Assembly (NCBI GenBank): GCA_965365285.1
Contig: CBDUBC010000003.1
Span: forward strand, 3,461 to 67,460
Source: an uncultured bacterium
GTDB lineage: Bacteria; Bdellovibrionota; Bacteriovoracia; Bacteriovoracales; Bacteriovoracaceae
Length of the DNA: 64,000 nucleotides
Reading direction: 5' to 3'
Shown: piece by piece, positions 36,026 to 45,854 of the stretch
Numbering within the stretch: the stretch's first letter is position 1
Layout: each line of letters starts with the position of its first letter
Notes under the pieces: model-generated
The model's database searches: none
What the model was told of the DNA's origin: nothing
The model's input: the letters and a program-made list of their open reading frames with translations, nothing else
Program-made: the position numbers and the translations under genes

Positions 36026-36984
36026 TCTTTAAGAAGATCCTCCGAGACTTCACTCACTTCAATCTGGAGATCTACGTCCTGATATCTTTCAGGGAGCTGA
36101 CTAAAGTTTGACTGAATGAGTTCTTTAAGCTTTTTAATGGAAATCAAGCCTTCATCAGTTTTTTTCCAAACTGCATAGAGATTAATTTTTATAGGCTCAC
36201 CAAGATGAAAGGGTTTTAAATCCTTGTAGCTTTGAAGAGGGTTTTTTGCCATAAACATAACACAGCGACCTCTCTCACAAAGTTTTTTAATAAACTCAGT
36301 GTGATCGCTATATATTTTCTCTTTAGGTACGACTCCATTTTTTCTTAAATAGTTATAGACTTTGTTGTTAAGACTCTTATCCCAGTAACTCTCTGCAAAA
36401 GGAATATTGTTCATAAGATCTTTAGCATCTTTAAACTTTGAATAAAGTTCATTGGAACAAAAAAAAGCAACTTCAAAAGAACCTATTTCTAGGCAGCCTA
36501 AATCTTTTCTTCTCGTTTTTCTTAATGAAATCCCCCAATCAATATGACCTTTAAGAAGATTATCAATGAGAACCTCATGCTCTGCCTGTTTAAATGTATT
36601 CACGGTTCCATAGTGAGCGTAGAAATCCCAATATTGAGAAGCAAAATCTATGGCAAGGTCATAAGAAACCGTTTCCTCTAACCCTATTTTGACTGGGTAT
36701 CCACCAATATCATCTTCTGAAAACTTCTCAAGAAGCTTACTTCCCTCTTCAAACATAATTTCAGCATGTTTAAAAAGGGTTTGTCCGTCAGGTGTAAGGA
36801 ATAATCCTTTTGAACTTCTATTAAAAAGCTTTTTTGATAGTGTTTTCTCAAGTTTTTTAATTTGTTCAGAGACAGTGGAGGGAGCAGCCTTCATTTGCCG
36901 TGCAGCAATTTTAAGGGATTGAACCTTCGCAACTTCGTAAAAGCCGTATAGGTGATTCCAATTAATATCCTTTAAATTATGCAA
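36022..36984 (-). CDS. LysR-family transcriptional regulator
   Basis: 320 aa. N-terminal HTH (LYGFYEVAKVQSLKIAARQMKAAPSTVSEQIKKLE). TTG start. Divergent from the M20-GNAT-HDAC operon. Confidence 0.85.
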   Translation of the reverse strand: MHNLKDINWNHLYGFYEVAKVQSLKIAARQMKAAPSTVSEQIKKLEKTLSKKLFNRSSKGLFLTPDGQTLFKHAEIMFEEGSKLLEKFSEDDIGGYPVKIGLEETVSYDLAIDFASQYWDFYAHYGTVNTFKQAEHEVLIDNLLKGHIDWGISLRKTRRKDLGCLEIGSFEVAFFCSNELYSKFKDAKDLMNNIPFAESYWDKSLNNKVYNYLRKNGVVPKEKIYSDHTEFIKKLCERGRCVMFMAKNPLQSYKDLKPFHLGEPIKINLYAVWKKTDEGLISIKKLKELIQSNFSQLPERYQDVDLQIEVSEVSEDLLKD

Positions 36985-37239
36985 ATCTCCTCCTCTATCA
37001 AGCTCTCAAGTGTTGAACCATAGCAATAATTTTCTAGATGTCAAAATTGATCCCAAACCTCCTTGCTATAAGGATAACTACCCTTAACTTAACGCAGCAA
37101 TAATTCGTCTATTCCGAATTTACTTTCTTTGCGCTAGTAGTTATTAAGTTTTTTTTCTATATTTTCGTTATGGAGGTGCCCAATCTTATTAATTGAAAAA
37201 AATATTCACCCACACGTTTCTCGTTATCCAAAATCACCT

Positions 37240-38382
37240 ATGAGTCAATGGCTCAAGCTTTTAGAGGATTTAGTTTGCATATCGTCAGAAACTGCTATGG
37301 TAGGGTCGGTTCAAAGAGTTCAGGACATATTTGAGAAAGAGCTCATTCAGCTAGGTCTCAAAACAAGGCAAATCAAAAATCCATCTGAAAAAAGTGCAAA
37401 GCTAGTCTTAGGTGAAATTCAAGGTCGTAGTTCTCAATACATCACCCTAGTATGTCATGCTGACACAGTCTTTAACAAAGACCATTTTAGACCAGAATTA
37501 AAAGTTCTAGGAAATAAGGCCTATGGACCAGGAGTTGTTGATAATAAGGGAGGAATGATTGTTATCCTCAATGGGCTTAAAAAGTTATTTCAAGGCAATC
37601 CCTCTATTAATTTTGGAATTCGTGTGATTTCTTCTCCTAATGAAGAGCTGGGCTCTATTGGTTTTCACGATCTATTCAAAAAGCTCTCTCTAGACTCCCC
37701 CATTATTCTTGGCTTTGAACCCGCCTACAAAGACGGAGATATCATAACCGGTCGAAAGGGAAATCGTTGGTACAATATTAAAGTTAAAGGAAAAAAGGCC
37801 CACTCCGGAAGGGAGCATCATCTTGGTGTGAACGCTTGTGGTGAGCTTGCTCTTCAACTTGCAAAGCTTCAAAGTCTAACCGATTATTCAAAAGATCTCA
37901 CAGTTAATATTGGTAAAATTAATGGAGGTATTCGCCATAATATCGTGAGTGATTATGCTTTTGGACAGCTCGAAGTAAGATACCCTTGTTTTGTAACTCA
38001 AAGCTTTATTACTCAAAAAATTGAAGAACAACTCTCCTATAGTCATATCAAATGTGCCCAAGCGAAAACAGAATCTGAAATAGATTTTGAGATTATTGAC
38101 GATTGTCCTCCTCTAGCGAGTAATGAAAAAAGTTTAAACCTATTCAAAAAATACCAAAAAATTGTTCATAAAATTGAAGATAAAAATATATCTCCTCAAA
38201 TGGTCGGTGGTGCTGCTGATGTAAACCACTTTAGTGGGCCCGAAAAAATCATTCTAGATGGTCTGGGGCCAATTGGTGGAAACATGCATACGACAAAAGA
38301 GTATCTCGTAACAGAAAGTCTTGAAACGAGGGCACGAGCCTTGAAGGAAATCTTAATCACACTAGATAGGGAGGATTATTAA
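37240..38382 (+). CDS. M20-family metallopeptidase/deacylase (carboxypeptidase G2-like)
   Basis: 380 aa with LVCHADTV, VVDNKGG, SPNEELGS, GKKAHSG and a dimerisation-domain layout. Confidence 0.75.
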   Translation: MSQWLKLLEDLVCISSETAMVGSVQRVQDIFEKELIQLGLKTRQIKNPSEKSAKLVLGEIQGRSSQYITLVCHADTVFNKDHFRPELKVLGNKAYGPGVVDNKGGMIVILNGLKKLFQGNPSINFGIRVISSPNEELGSIGFHDLFKKLSLDSPIILGFEPAYKDGDIITGRKGNRWYNIKVKGKKAHSGREHHLGVNACGELALQLAKLQSLTDYSKDLTVNIGKINGGIRHNIVSDYAFGQLEVRYPCFVTQSFITQKIEEQLSYSHIKCAQAKTESEIDFEIIDDCPPLASNEKSLNLFKKYQKIVHKIEDKNISPQMVGGAADVNHFSGPEKIILDGLGPIGGNMHTTKEYLVTESLETRARALKEILITLDREDY

Positions 38383-38880
38383 ATGAAAATTAAAAAAGCC
38401 AACTATAAAGACATGTCAAAAATTGCAAGAATCATTAGCTCATCAGCTAAATGGTATGAACCCATTATTGATGAAAAAGATATGAAGGAGCATGAGGTCG
38501 ATGACTCTTGGATTGATAAAAACTACACAAGAAGAGATTTCTATATTGCTCAGGATCCAAGTGGAGAAGAAATTGGAACAATCTCTATGCAGTATTTTGG
38601 AAATACAACCTATCTAGGTTATATTTATGTTCATGCAGAAAAAACGGGAAATGGTTACGGCAAAAAACTGATCAAATTTGCTGAGGAGCAGGCTAAAGAA
38701 AAGGGACAAGAATCTCTAATCCTTATTGCACACCCAAAAGCGACGTGGGCCACCAAAGCTTATGAAAGGTATGGTTTTAAGAAAAAATTTGATTCCAAAG
38801 AAAAAGTTTTAAATTATAAAGAAGGGCTTCTTGAACCCTACTATGAAGAAGGATTTCACCTCTATGAGTACAGGCTCTAA
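38383..38880 (+). CDS. GNAT-family N-acetyltransferase
   Basis: 165 aa with the acetyl-CoA pocket GNGYGKKLIKFAEEQAKEKG and a C-terminal YERYGFKK. The start abuts the upstream stop (TAAATG). Confidence 0.75.
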   Translation: MKIKKANYKDMSKIARIISSSAKWYEPIIDEKDMKEHEVDDSWIDKNYTRRDFYIAQDPSGEEIGTISMQYFGNTTYLGYIYVHAEKTGNGYGKKLIKFAEEQAKEKGQESLILIAHPKATWATKAYERYGFKKKFDSKEKVLNYKEGLLEPYYEEGFHLYEYRL

Positions 38881-39916
38881 TTCAGAAAAAAGCAAGGATA
38901 AGCTTCCTGTTTTCTTTCATACCTCCCAACTTGAATTTCATCCAAAATATGAGTGGGCGTTAGGAAACCGAATTAAGCACCCCGAAACAACAAGAAGAGC
39001 AGAGTCCATTTTTAAGGAAGTAAGAAAAAATTCGGAACTTTTTGAGATCGTTGAACCCCCTAGAATACCCTTAAAATCTATTCGAGACTGTCATAATTAT
39101 CAGCTTCTTACTCTATACAATACTGCTGCTTCAAGCCTTGAAAATGGTGAGGAGTTCTACCCCACCGTCTTTCCCCAGAGAATGAAAGCTAAACCGGATC
39201 CAACCAATCTAACTCATGCGGGTTTTTATTGCTTTGACAGTGGAACTCCCATGAATAATAAGACTTGGCTTGCTTCGGCTTGGAGTGCTTCCTCTGCTTA
39301 TTATGCCTCTGATTATATTTATAAGAATAAAGGTCAATATGCTTATGCCTTAAGTCGTCCCCCTGGTCACCATGCTTCCCGCGATACCTACGGTGGATAT
39401 TGTTACTTTAATAATGCAGCTGTAGCCGCCAAGCATCTGAGAAAGAAAGGACGAGTTGCTATTGTTGATATTGATTTTCACCATGGAAACGGCACTCAAG
39501 AAATCTTCTACAAAGATGATAAAGTTTTTTTTATTTCTCTTCATGGAGATCCGAGGAAGTACTTTCCCTATTTTTTAGGCTTTCCCTCTGAAATCGGTCA
39601 GGGTAAGGGAGAGGGTTTTAATCTCAATATCATACTCGAGCAAGGCTGCAATATAAAGAAGTATGAAAAGTCCCTCCGAGAGACCGTTAAACCAGCATTA
39701 GAGAGCTTTGAGCCAGAGTACCTTATACTATCAGCAGGTTTTGATACATATGAGCTAGATCCCATTGGAAGCTTTGCCTTAAAAACGGAGGATTTTCAAA
39801 AAATTGGAAAATTTTTTCGCTCTCTCAATCTTCCCACATTAATCTTACAAGAGGGAGGATATTACACAAAGGATCTTGGTTTAAATGTCGTTAGCCTACT
39901 TAAGGCATTTGCATAG
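38831..39916 (+). CDS. Histone deacetylase-family amidohydrolase (acetylpolyamine/acetoin-utilisation type)
   Basis: RPPGHHA, DIDFHHGNGTQ, SLHG and SAGFDTY motifs. The real start is probably ATG 38864 (MSTGSN) or 38843, overlapping the GNAT gene end. Confidence 0.85.
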   Translation: MNPTMKKDFTSMSTGSNSEKSKDKLPVFFHTSQLEFHPKYEWALGNRIKHPETTRRAESIFKEVRKNSELFEIVEPPRIPLKSIRDCHNYQLLTLYNTAASSLENGEEFYPTVFPQRMKAKPDPTNLTHAGFYCFDSGTPMNNKTWLASAWSASSAYYASDYIYKNKGQYAYALSRPPGHHASRDTYGGYCYFNNAAVAAKHLRKKGRVAIVDIDFHHGNGTQEIFYKDDKVFFISLHGDPRKYFPYFLGFPSEIGQGKGEGFNLNIILEQGCNIKKYEKSLRETVKPALESFEPEYLILSAGFDTYELDPIGSFALKTEDFQKIGKFFRSLNLPTLILQEGGYYTKDLGLNVVSLLKAFA

Positions 39917-39958
39917 TAATTTCAAATACTTACAGCTATTCCTCTCTAAAATTTTTAC

Positions 39959-40495
39959 ATGTTAAATGATGATGGAATGTCACATTGCGCCGGTTACACT
40001 ATAAGAAGATTCATGAAATTATTTTTATTAGTCTCACTTCTTGTTTTTAGTAGTCCAGCTTTCTCTGTCCTATACTGTGATGGTCCCAACCTCAAAGATG
40101 GGAATGGAGAACTTATTCATACATTCGATATTTACGGATACACCTGTAAAAGGGCCATCTCAAACCCTAGTCCGGGTATCTACTGCCTTGGTCTAGATAT
40201 GAAAAACTCCAGAGGCGAGATCATTCGTACTTTTAATACTTACGGAAGAACATGTATGAAGGCGTTAAGCACTGCTCGAGGGGGAATGTTTTGCGATGGA
40301 CCCAATCTCATCAATTCTCGAGGTGATGTAGTGAAGACCTTCGATCTAAATGGTCGCTCATGTCTGAGGGCGCTAAGAAATGCACGTGGAACACTTTTTT
40401 GCGACGGCCCTAATTTATACGATAATTTTGGAAACTTGATATCTACTTTTACACAGTTTGGAAGAACATGTTCAAGTGTTCTCAACATTCGTTAA
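39959..40495 (+). CDS. Secreted protein built from four 36-aa two-cysteine repeats
   Basis: The likely start is ATG 40013 (MKLFLLVSLLVFSSPAFS signal peptide). The rest of the protein is four tandem copies of [YF]C.G....(DN)..G..(IV)..F...G(RY).C...(IL). Confidence 0.65.
   Translation: MLNDDGMSHCAGYTIRRFMKLFLLVSLLVFSSPAFSVLYCDGPNLKDGNGELIHTFDIYGYTCKRAISNPSPGIYCLGLDMKNSRGEIIRTFNTYGRTCMKALSTARGGMFCDGPNLINSRGDVVKTFDLNGRSCLRALRNARGTLFCDGPNLYDNFGNLISTFTQFGRTCSSVLNIR
40073..40492 (+). repeat. Four tandem 108-nt (36-codon) coding repeats, diverged at DNA level
   Basis: Units start at 40073, 40181, 40289 and 40397 (the last unit is 32 codons). Aligned by eye at the protein level: YCDGPNLKDGNGELIHTFDIYGYTCKRAI / YCLGLDMKNSRGEIIRTFNTYGRTCMKAL / FCDGPNLINSRGDVVKTFDLNGRSCLRAL / FCDGPNLYDNFGNLISTFTQFGRTCSSVL. 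Confidence 0.8.
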
Positions 40496-40497
40496 AT

Positions 40498-42627
40498 TTA
40501 GAATGAACAACGTCCTCTTGCCATCTTTGCAAGTCGAGCATAATCGTTTTTAACTAGAAGTCTTCTTAGAATTAAGTTTCCTACCTTTGTTTTCTTCTTC
40601 ATGGTGGTCAAAGGCTGCTTAAAGTCAGGCGTCTCTAAAAGAGATTTTATCTCTTCAATTTGTTCAGGATTTGCCACAGTTAAGTTTGATTTGAGCTCTC
40701 TTAGAAGAGGAGAAGATTTTAATAAATTTGTAAGTTTTTCCGAATTAAAAAATTGTTCAGAAAGATAGTTTTTATATATCTGAGTCCAAGGAAAGGTCGC
40801 ATCAGTATCTTGACGATAAATATAATTATTTATTTTTAAAATATCTCGAACCGTGGATACGTAAGAATCTAATTCAGTATAAAGAATTTTTATATTCTTG
40901 GAATTTTTGCAAACAAGCTCTGGTTTATCTAAAAGCGGTGTAAAGGTTTTATACCATTTTTTAATGAGTTCAGATGATTTTTTTATAATTCTTTCCATAT
41001 AAAGCACACCTACTTTACCAAATATAGCATCCTCAAGTTTATTATAAATTCTTATAATTTCTATGAGCGCAGTTTTACCACCTTTGATATTTTTCTTTTT
41101 ATTTTGAAGTACTTCTATTCGTTCTTCTAAATCATCCAATTTGTCTTGGACGATACTAAGCGTATTTTCTAACTTTGCTACTATTTTAGGTTTTTCTAAA
41201 CTTTTATTTCTCTTAGTTAGTTCAAATAATTTTGCATCTAATTCATCTTTGACCCAGCTAATTGGCTCATAATAGCTTGAGATGAGCTCTTGATAGGCCG
41301 TCTTGTTATTAAGATATTTGCTTGTAATCTGTCTCAATTGTGATACGTTTGGACCAAAAATATCCTTGAAAGTTTCTTTCGTAGGAAGCAGAAGAAGAGA
41401 TCTCGTTTCAGAATCAATATCGATTTGATCTATATGTCTAAAGAAGATGACATATGTTTGATGTAAATCTTTAAGGATATAACCTCTTTTCTTAACATCT
41501 TTAATTACTGAACCATCTCCCGCAACCGTTTGAAGAAGTTCTTCCGTGGCCGATAATCGTTTATAAAAATCAAAGGTCATACTACCTAAGCTTTTTTCTA
41601 ATATAGCTTCTTCTTGCTGTCTTTTTTCTTTAGAAAAGTTTTCTTCTACTTTAGCGATAGAGAGATTTAGAGTTTTAATTTCCTCTTTCAGTAGCTCGGA
41701 AAGACGTAGACTATCCCTTAGCTCTCTTTCATTTAAGGAAGTAAAAGGAGAAAGAAGACCTATCTTATCAATCGTATTATTGAGCTCAAGAAAATTACAG
41801 TTAATATGAATCCAAGACTCTCTATGCTCGGCTTTATTGAAGTCCCAATTAGAGTTTACAAGATTAGCGATAACCTTGATGAGACCTTCTACACCTTTGG
41901 CACCGATCGCGGCCGTTTTACCAATCGGTCCCGGATCGACCATTCCAAGCTGTCCTACTTCACCTATCAAACTTCCAAAGGTATTGAGTCCATCACTTGC
42001 TGTTATTTGCTCAGCACAAGCTAAAGTATTTACAGTTTTAGCGAGAGCTGTAGATGCTCGCCCTACTTTTTCAGTAACGAGTGCCTCGTAGGATGGAGCA
42101 TTGTTACAATCTCTTAAAAAAGCTTCTCTATCTCTTGGCATAAATCCAGCAGCATCTGCCTGCTGAGCACAAGCGTTAATAATTGCATCTCTTTCTGCTT
42201 GCCAGGCTAAAACTTGATCACTAAATTCTTTTACCGAGCCTGCTGCTGCATTTTTACACTCAGAGCTTTTGAGCTGGGTTTCAATTTCTTTAAACATATC
42301 GAGAATATCCATGGTTCTCGCATTGTTTTTAAGGAGGCATCTTGGGTGTCTTCTATAAGCAGCTTCTTTTCTTGCCTTTTCTACTTTAGCAACTTCTTGT
42401 TGCTCTATCTTGTTAAGTAGACTGAGTGAATTTCTATAGACTTGCTCAGGTGGTCCTATTTTTTTACTTTCTAATAGAGCTTCATAAAGATCTTTTGATT
42501 CCATATCAACCCACTCATAATCCGTATCAGCTTCTAGATCATTGCCGATGGCAAAGAGGTTTAATGAAAATAAAATAGATATAATACCGATGATTTTAGT
42601 TTTATATGAACTCACAAAAGCTCCCAT
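40498..42627 (-). CDS. Large secreted helical/coiled-coil protein with conserved cysteines; paralog of the partial gene at 1..1814
   Basis: 709 aa with an N-terminal hydrophobic signal-like segment. It is long and Lys/Glu/Leu-rich, and no known domain is recognised. It shares several blocks with the 1..1814 product. Confidence 0.7.
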   Translation of the reverse strand: MGAFVSSYKTKIIGIISILFSLNLFAIGNDLEADTDYEWVDMESKDLYEALLESKKIGPPEQVYRNSLSLLNKIEQQEVAKVEKARKEAAYRRHPRCLLKNNARTMDILDMFKEIETQLKSSECKNAAAGSVKEFSDQVLAWQAERDAIINACAQQADAAGFMPRDREAFLRDCNNAPSYEALVTEKVGRASTALAKTVNTLACAEQITASDGLNTFGSLIGEVGQLGMVDPGPIGKTAAIGAKGVEGLIKVIANLVNSNWDFNKAEHRESWIHINCNFLELNNTIDKIGLLSPFTSLNERELRDSLRLSELLKEEIKTLNLSIAKVEENFSKEKRQQEEAILEKSLGSMTFDFYKRLSATEELLQTVAGDGSVIKDVKKRGYILKDLHQTYVIFFRHIDQIDIDSETRSLLLLPTKETFKDIFGPNVSQLRQITSKYLNNKTAYQELISSYYEPISWVKDELDAKLFELTKRNKSLEKPKIVAKLENTLSIVQDKLDDLEERIEVLQNKKKNIKGGKTALIEIIRIYNKLEDAIFGKVGVLYMERIIKKSSELIKKWYKTFTPLLDKPELVCKNSKNIKILYTELDSYVSTVRDILKINNYIYRQDTDATFPWTQIYKNYLSEQFFNSEKLTNLLKSSPLLRELKSNLTVANPEQIEEIKSLLETPDFKQPLTTMKKKTKVGNLILRRLLVKNDYARLAKMARGRCSF

Positions 42628-42748
42628 TTGATATATTTTACTGCAGACCCCTCATCGAGCAAAAATTTTTAATTATTTAAATAAAATTTAATGACAGATT
42701 TACTCGGAATTTAATTCCTTTTCCGATATAAATAAAATTTGATGAAAA

Positions 42749-42823
<75 letters not shown>

Positions 42824-42837
42824 ATTGAGAAGATCAA

Positions 42838-42867
42838 TTTATAGGATTCTAGCTCGTTTGTTGTCAA
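42838..42867 (-). promoter_or_regulatory. Sigma-70-type promoter for tRNA-Val
   Basis: On the minus strand: TTGACA (42867..42862), an 18-nt spacer, then TATAAA (42843..42838), about 14 nt upstream of the mature tRNA 5' end. Confidence 0.45.
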
Positions 42868-42893
42868 GCATACGCTGTGCGCTAGACGCCAAT

Positions 42894-43856
42894 TTAGCGT
42901 TCAAAGGTCCCAAAGTTCCAACTAAGCGAAAAATAATAGAGTTCTGGCCTCTCTTCCTCGTAAAAAACTCTAAATATGTATTGGTTAATGAGCGAGGCAA
43001 AAAGGTTAACGGTCAGATCCCAGGGTCTATATGTGAGGTTTAAACCGATGCCTCCAATTTGTGTATCATAAACAAATTCTTTTTTATTATCGCAATCTAT
43101 TTCCCCTATTCCAGCTGTATTGAAGTTTCCAGAGTACGTTCTTGCGACCTTATAAGAGCGGCATTCACCACCATCTCCAAAAGGATTGAAAAAATCCTTA
43201 CTTCCGAAGGTATCTCCAAACAAGAAAAATGGATTTAATCCCCAATTTTCTGCGACAATAAAATCCCATTGAAGGCCAACCAATGCCCCTACAAACATTT
43301 CTTGAGATTCAATATCAACTTCTAGGCCTTCATTTTGATTTATATATCTTTGAGAATAATCGTAATAAGGAATATAAGGCCCCATAAAAAAGGAAAATCC
43401 ATAACCGTCATCTGCTCGATTTCTCATTTGATAAGAAATACCCGCACTAAGATTAAAGTGGGTAATTTTACTATCTCTTGAAAAAATGGAAGGACTCGAT
43501 TGACCGTTTTGAGTACTTTCATAATCTCCACTTAAGCTTGTACCTACAAGCCAAATATAGCTCCCCCACTTATCTCCAAAGCTATAACTATAGCTCCCTC
43601 CAAGATTGAGCCCCTTTACGTCTCCTTCCTGATGGCTGCTCGCTCCTCCACCATATTCATAGTCAGCTACGGTGTCTCCAAAGATAAAGCCTGGTTTAAA
43701 AGTTGCTTTATAAGTTCCTTTTTTATGATGAATAAGAGGTAAAGGAGGATCTGCCATCATATATTGAATCGATAAAGCAGATGCATCCAGACCTGAATTA
43801 AAATCTGCTAATAAAATACTTGGTAATAATGCGAGTAGTATCCCCAAAATTTTCAT
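42894..43856 (-). CDS. Putative outer-membrane beta-barrel protein
   Basis: 320 aa. Signal peptide (LLALLPSILLA). Gly/Tyr/Ser/Phe-rich alternating pattern typical of beta-strand barrels. No family recognised. Confidence 0.5.
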   Translation of the reverse strand: MKILGILLALLPSILLADFNSGLDASALSIQYMMADPPLPLIHHKKGTYKATFKPGFIFGDTVADYEYGGGASSHQEGDVKGLNLGGSYSYSFGDKWGSYIWLVGTSLSGDYESTQNGQSSPSIFSRDSKITHFNLSAGISYQMRNRADDGYGFSFFMGPYIPYYDYSQRYINQNEGLEVDIESQEMFVGALVGLQWDFIVAENWGLNPFFLFGDTFGSKDFFNPFGDGGECRSYKVARTYSGNFNTAGIGEIDCDNKKEFVYDTQIGGIGLNLTYRPWDLTVNLFASLINQYIFRVFYEEERPELYYFSLSWNFGTFER

Positions 43857-43865
43857 TTCTATCCT

Positions 43866-45854
43866 ATGGGTAATATTTTAAGCTTAGATAATATGTTTAA
43901 TTTAATATTTTGTTTCATTTTAATTATTACCTCATTTCCTTTATTTGCCAAAACCTTTCATGTTGTTAAATCTCATGGAAATTTTGAAATTTTTGATAAT
44001 AAGGGTATAAAACAAAGTTCTTCGAAAATCGACTATGGTTACAGGATAAAAACTAAAGCAAATAGTTTTTTGAAAATTAAAACACCAAAGAATCATATGA
44101 TGGTCGTTGGTCCATCTTCAGAAGTAGTTCTAGAGCAAGTTTCTGAATATGATGAAAGAACTTTACTTGATATACTAAAAGGGCAGATTCGGATGCAATC
44201 CGATGGCGTCAAAAAAGAGAAAATTAAATTTTTTATTAGATCAAAAACCGCATCGATGGGAGTTAGAGGAACTGATTTTCATATTATCTATAATCCGCTT
44301 AATAAAATCACATCAACGATTAGTTATAGTGGTGATGTTCAAATGCGTAAAATTCATCCACAGATTGATTATGTGGATGATATGGATGCCTTTCTCGATA
44401 GTAATCATACGATTAAGGTTCCCAAGGGATCTTTTTCCGGCTCCTATATAGGTTATGAAAAGCTAGCTGACCCCACCAAAATCAGTCCTGAGCAATTTAG
44501 TACCTTAGAAAAAAATAATGAGCTTGCTATGAATCATCTTTTAACAGAATTTGATGGTGATTCTCTTGATGAGGCCAGTGATATCGAATTGGTACCACCT
44601 CCAACAGAAGAATTTATTCCTGATAGAGATATGTTTATTGGAGAAAAGGTCCTTACTAGACCTGGCGGGTATATTGATCTCAATACTGGAATCTATGTTT
44701 CTCCTCCTGAGGACGCTCCTTACGATAAAGATCAAAAGGTTTATCAGATTCCAGAAGAGAAAGGTCAATTTGACAAGGAGTCAGGTGAATATATTCCCCC
44801 TTTAGGACTTATCCTTCATCCTCTAGAGGGTTTTAAACTGGCATCTCAAAAAGTACTCGGAAAATTAAAAGGTGTGCGAGAAGAGTCGGTTAAGAGACTT
44901 GAAGAATTCGCACAACAGCTCAATCAAGGTTTTGGAATTAGTTACCTTCAAGATCTTCATCAATTTATTCAAGGAAATAGCTTTTTAAATAAAATACGCT
45001 TTGATCTTAAGGCCGAGTTTGAATATGACTCTAATATCATCCAAAAATTTTATGATGAAATTATACATGTAACAGATCAAGCCTCAGTGATTTGGTTTTT
45101 AGACTCTAAAGTAGGTTATCGAAAGTTTATTTATAAAAACTGGTATATTCATCCTCACTTATTCTTCATTGATAAAATCCACTTTAGAGCACATACTCCC
45201 GAGGTTAAAAATCAAGATCATTATCTGATTGGAGCAAGGATAGAAATGGGTCGACGAGGAGTCCTCTGGTCTCTTCCCTCTCAAGTTAGCTTTTCTATAG
45301 GGCAATATGCTGATCGAAAAAGAATTCTTCCTAGTCAGAGCTATGAAAACTATATTCGCGCCGACCAGCTGGAAACTAAACTGTTTTTAAAAATGGGAAA
45401 ACATTGGTCAACTCAGGCTTCCCTACTTTTTGAAGATTATCAAAGACGCGAGGGATATGAAGGACAATATTGGAATCCTTCTTTTTTTATTCAATATAAA
45501 TTAAGTTCAAGAGATTATCTCCGTATTGGTGGAGATTTCTCTTCAAGAACTCAAGATTCTATTAAAGATGAAAGAATTTCAAGTCACTTTGAACTGGCCT
45601 ATTTTAGGAGGGAGTTCTTTGGTCATACGGATTTATATGTTGAGGTAGGCCCAACCTATTCCAGACCAGGTAAAGAGTTTGGAAAACAAAAAGATGAAAC
45701 CCTTCTTGAATCTACTATTAAGTTAAAAAGTAATTTTTATGGGAACATCTCTTACGATTTTTATTATAAGTATCAAAATAATTATTCCGATCAAAGAGCA
45801 GAGTTCAACTTCAATAGACATCTCACCGGAATCGCCCTTAATATTCGCTATTAA
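43866..45854 (+). CDS. FecR-domain protein fused to a C-terminal beta-barrel-like region
   Basis: 662 aa. FecR-like block (VVGPSSEVVLEQ ... GQIRMQ ... FFIRSKTASMGVRGTDFHI). The C-terminal ~300 aa are rich in alternating aromatics and end in ALNIRY. The likely start is ATG 43893 (MFNLIF). Confidence 0.6.
   Translation: MGNILSLDNMFNLIFCFILIITSFPLFAKTFHVVKSHGNFEIFDNKGIKQSSSKIDYGYRIKTKANSFLKIKTPKNHMMVVGPSSEVVLEQVSEYDERTLLDILKGQIRMQSDGVKKEKIKFFIRSKTASMGVRGTDFHIIYNPLNKITSTISYSGDVQMRKIHPQIDYVDDMDAFLDSNHTIKVPKGSFSGSYIGYEKLADPTKISPEQFSTLEKNNELAMNHLLTEFDGDSLDEASDIELVPPPTEEFIPDRDMFIGEKVLTRPGGYIDLNTGIYVSPPEDAPYDKDQKVYQIPEEKGQFDKESGEYIPPLGLILHPLEGFKLASQKVLGKLKGVREESVKRLEEFAQQLNQGFGISYLQDLHQFIQGNSFLNKIRFDLKAEFEYDSNIIQKFYDEIIHVTDQASVIWFLDSKVGYRKFIYKNWYIHPHLFFIDKIHFRAHTPEVKNQDHYLIGARIEMGRRGVLWSLPSQVSFSIGQYADRKRILPSQSYENYIRADQLETKLFLKMGKHWSTQASLLFEDYQRREGYEGQYWNPSFFIQYKLSSRDYLRIGGDFSSRTQDSIKDERISSHFELAYFRREFFGHTDLYVEVGPTYSRPGKEFGKQKDETLLESTIKLKSNFYGNISYDFYYKYQNNYSDQRAEFNFNRHLTGIALNIRY

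Noticed and set aside
42825-43043. 72-aa plus-strand ORF next to the tRNA
   Set aside because: It overlaps the tRNA promoter region and the 3' end of the better-supported minus-strand barrel-like gene. No RBS or family was found.
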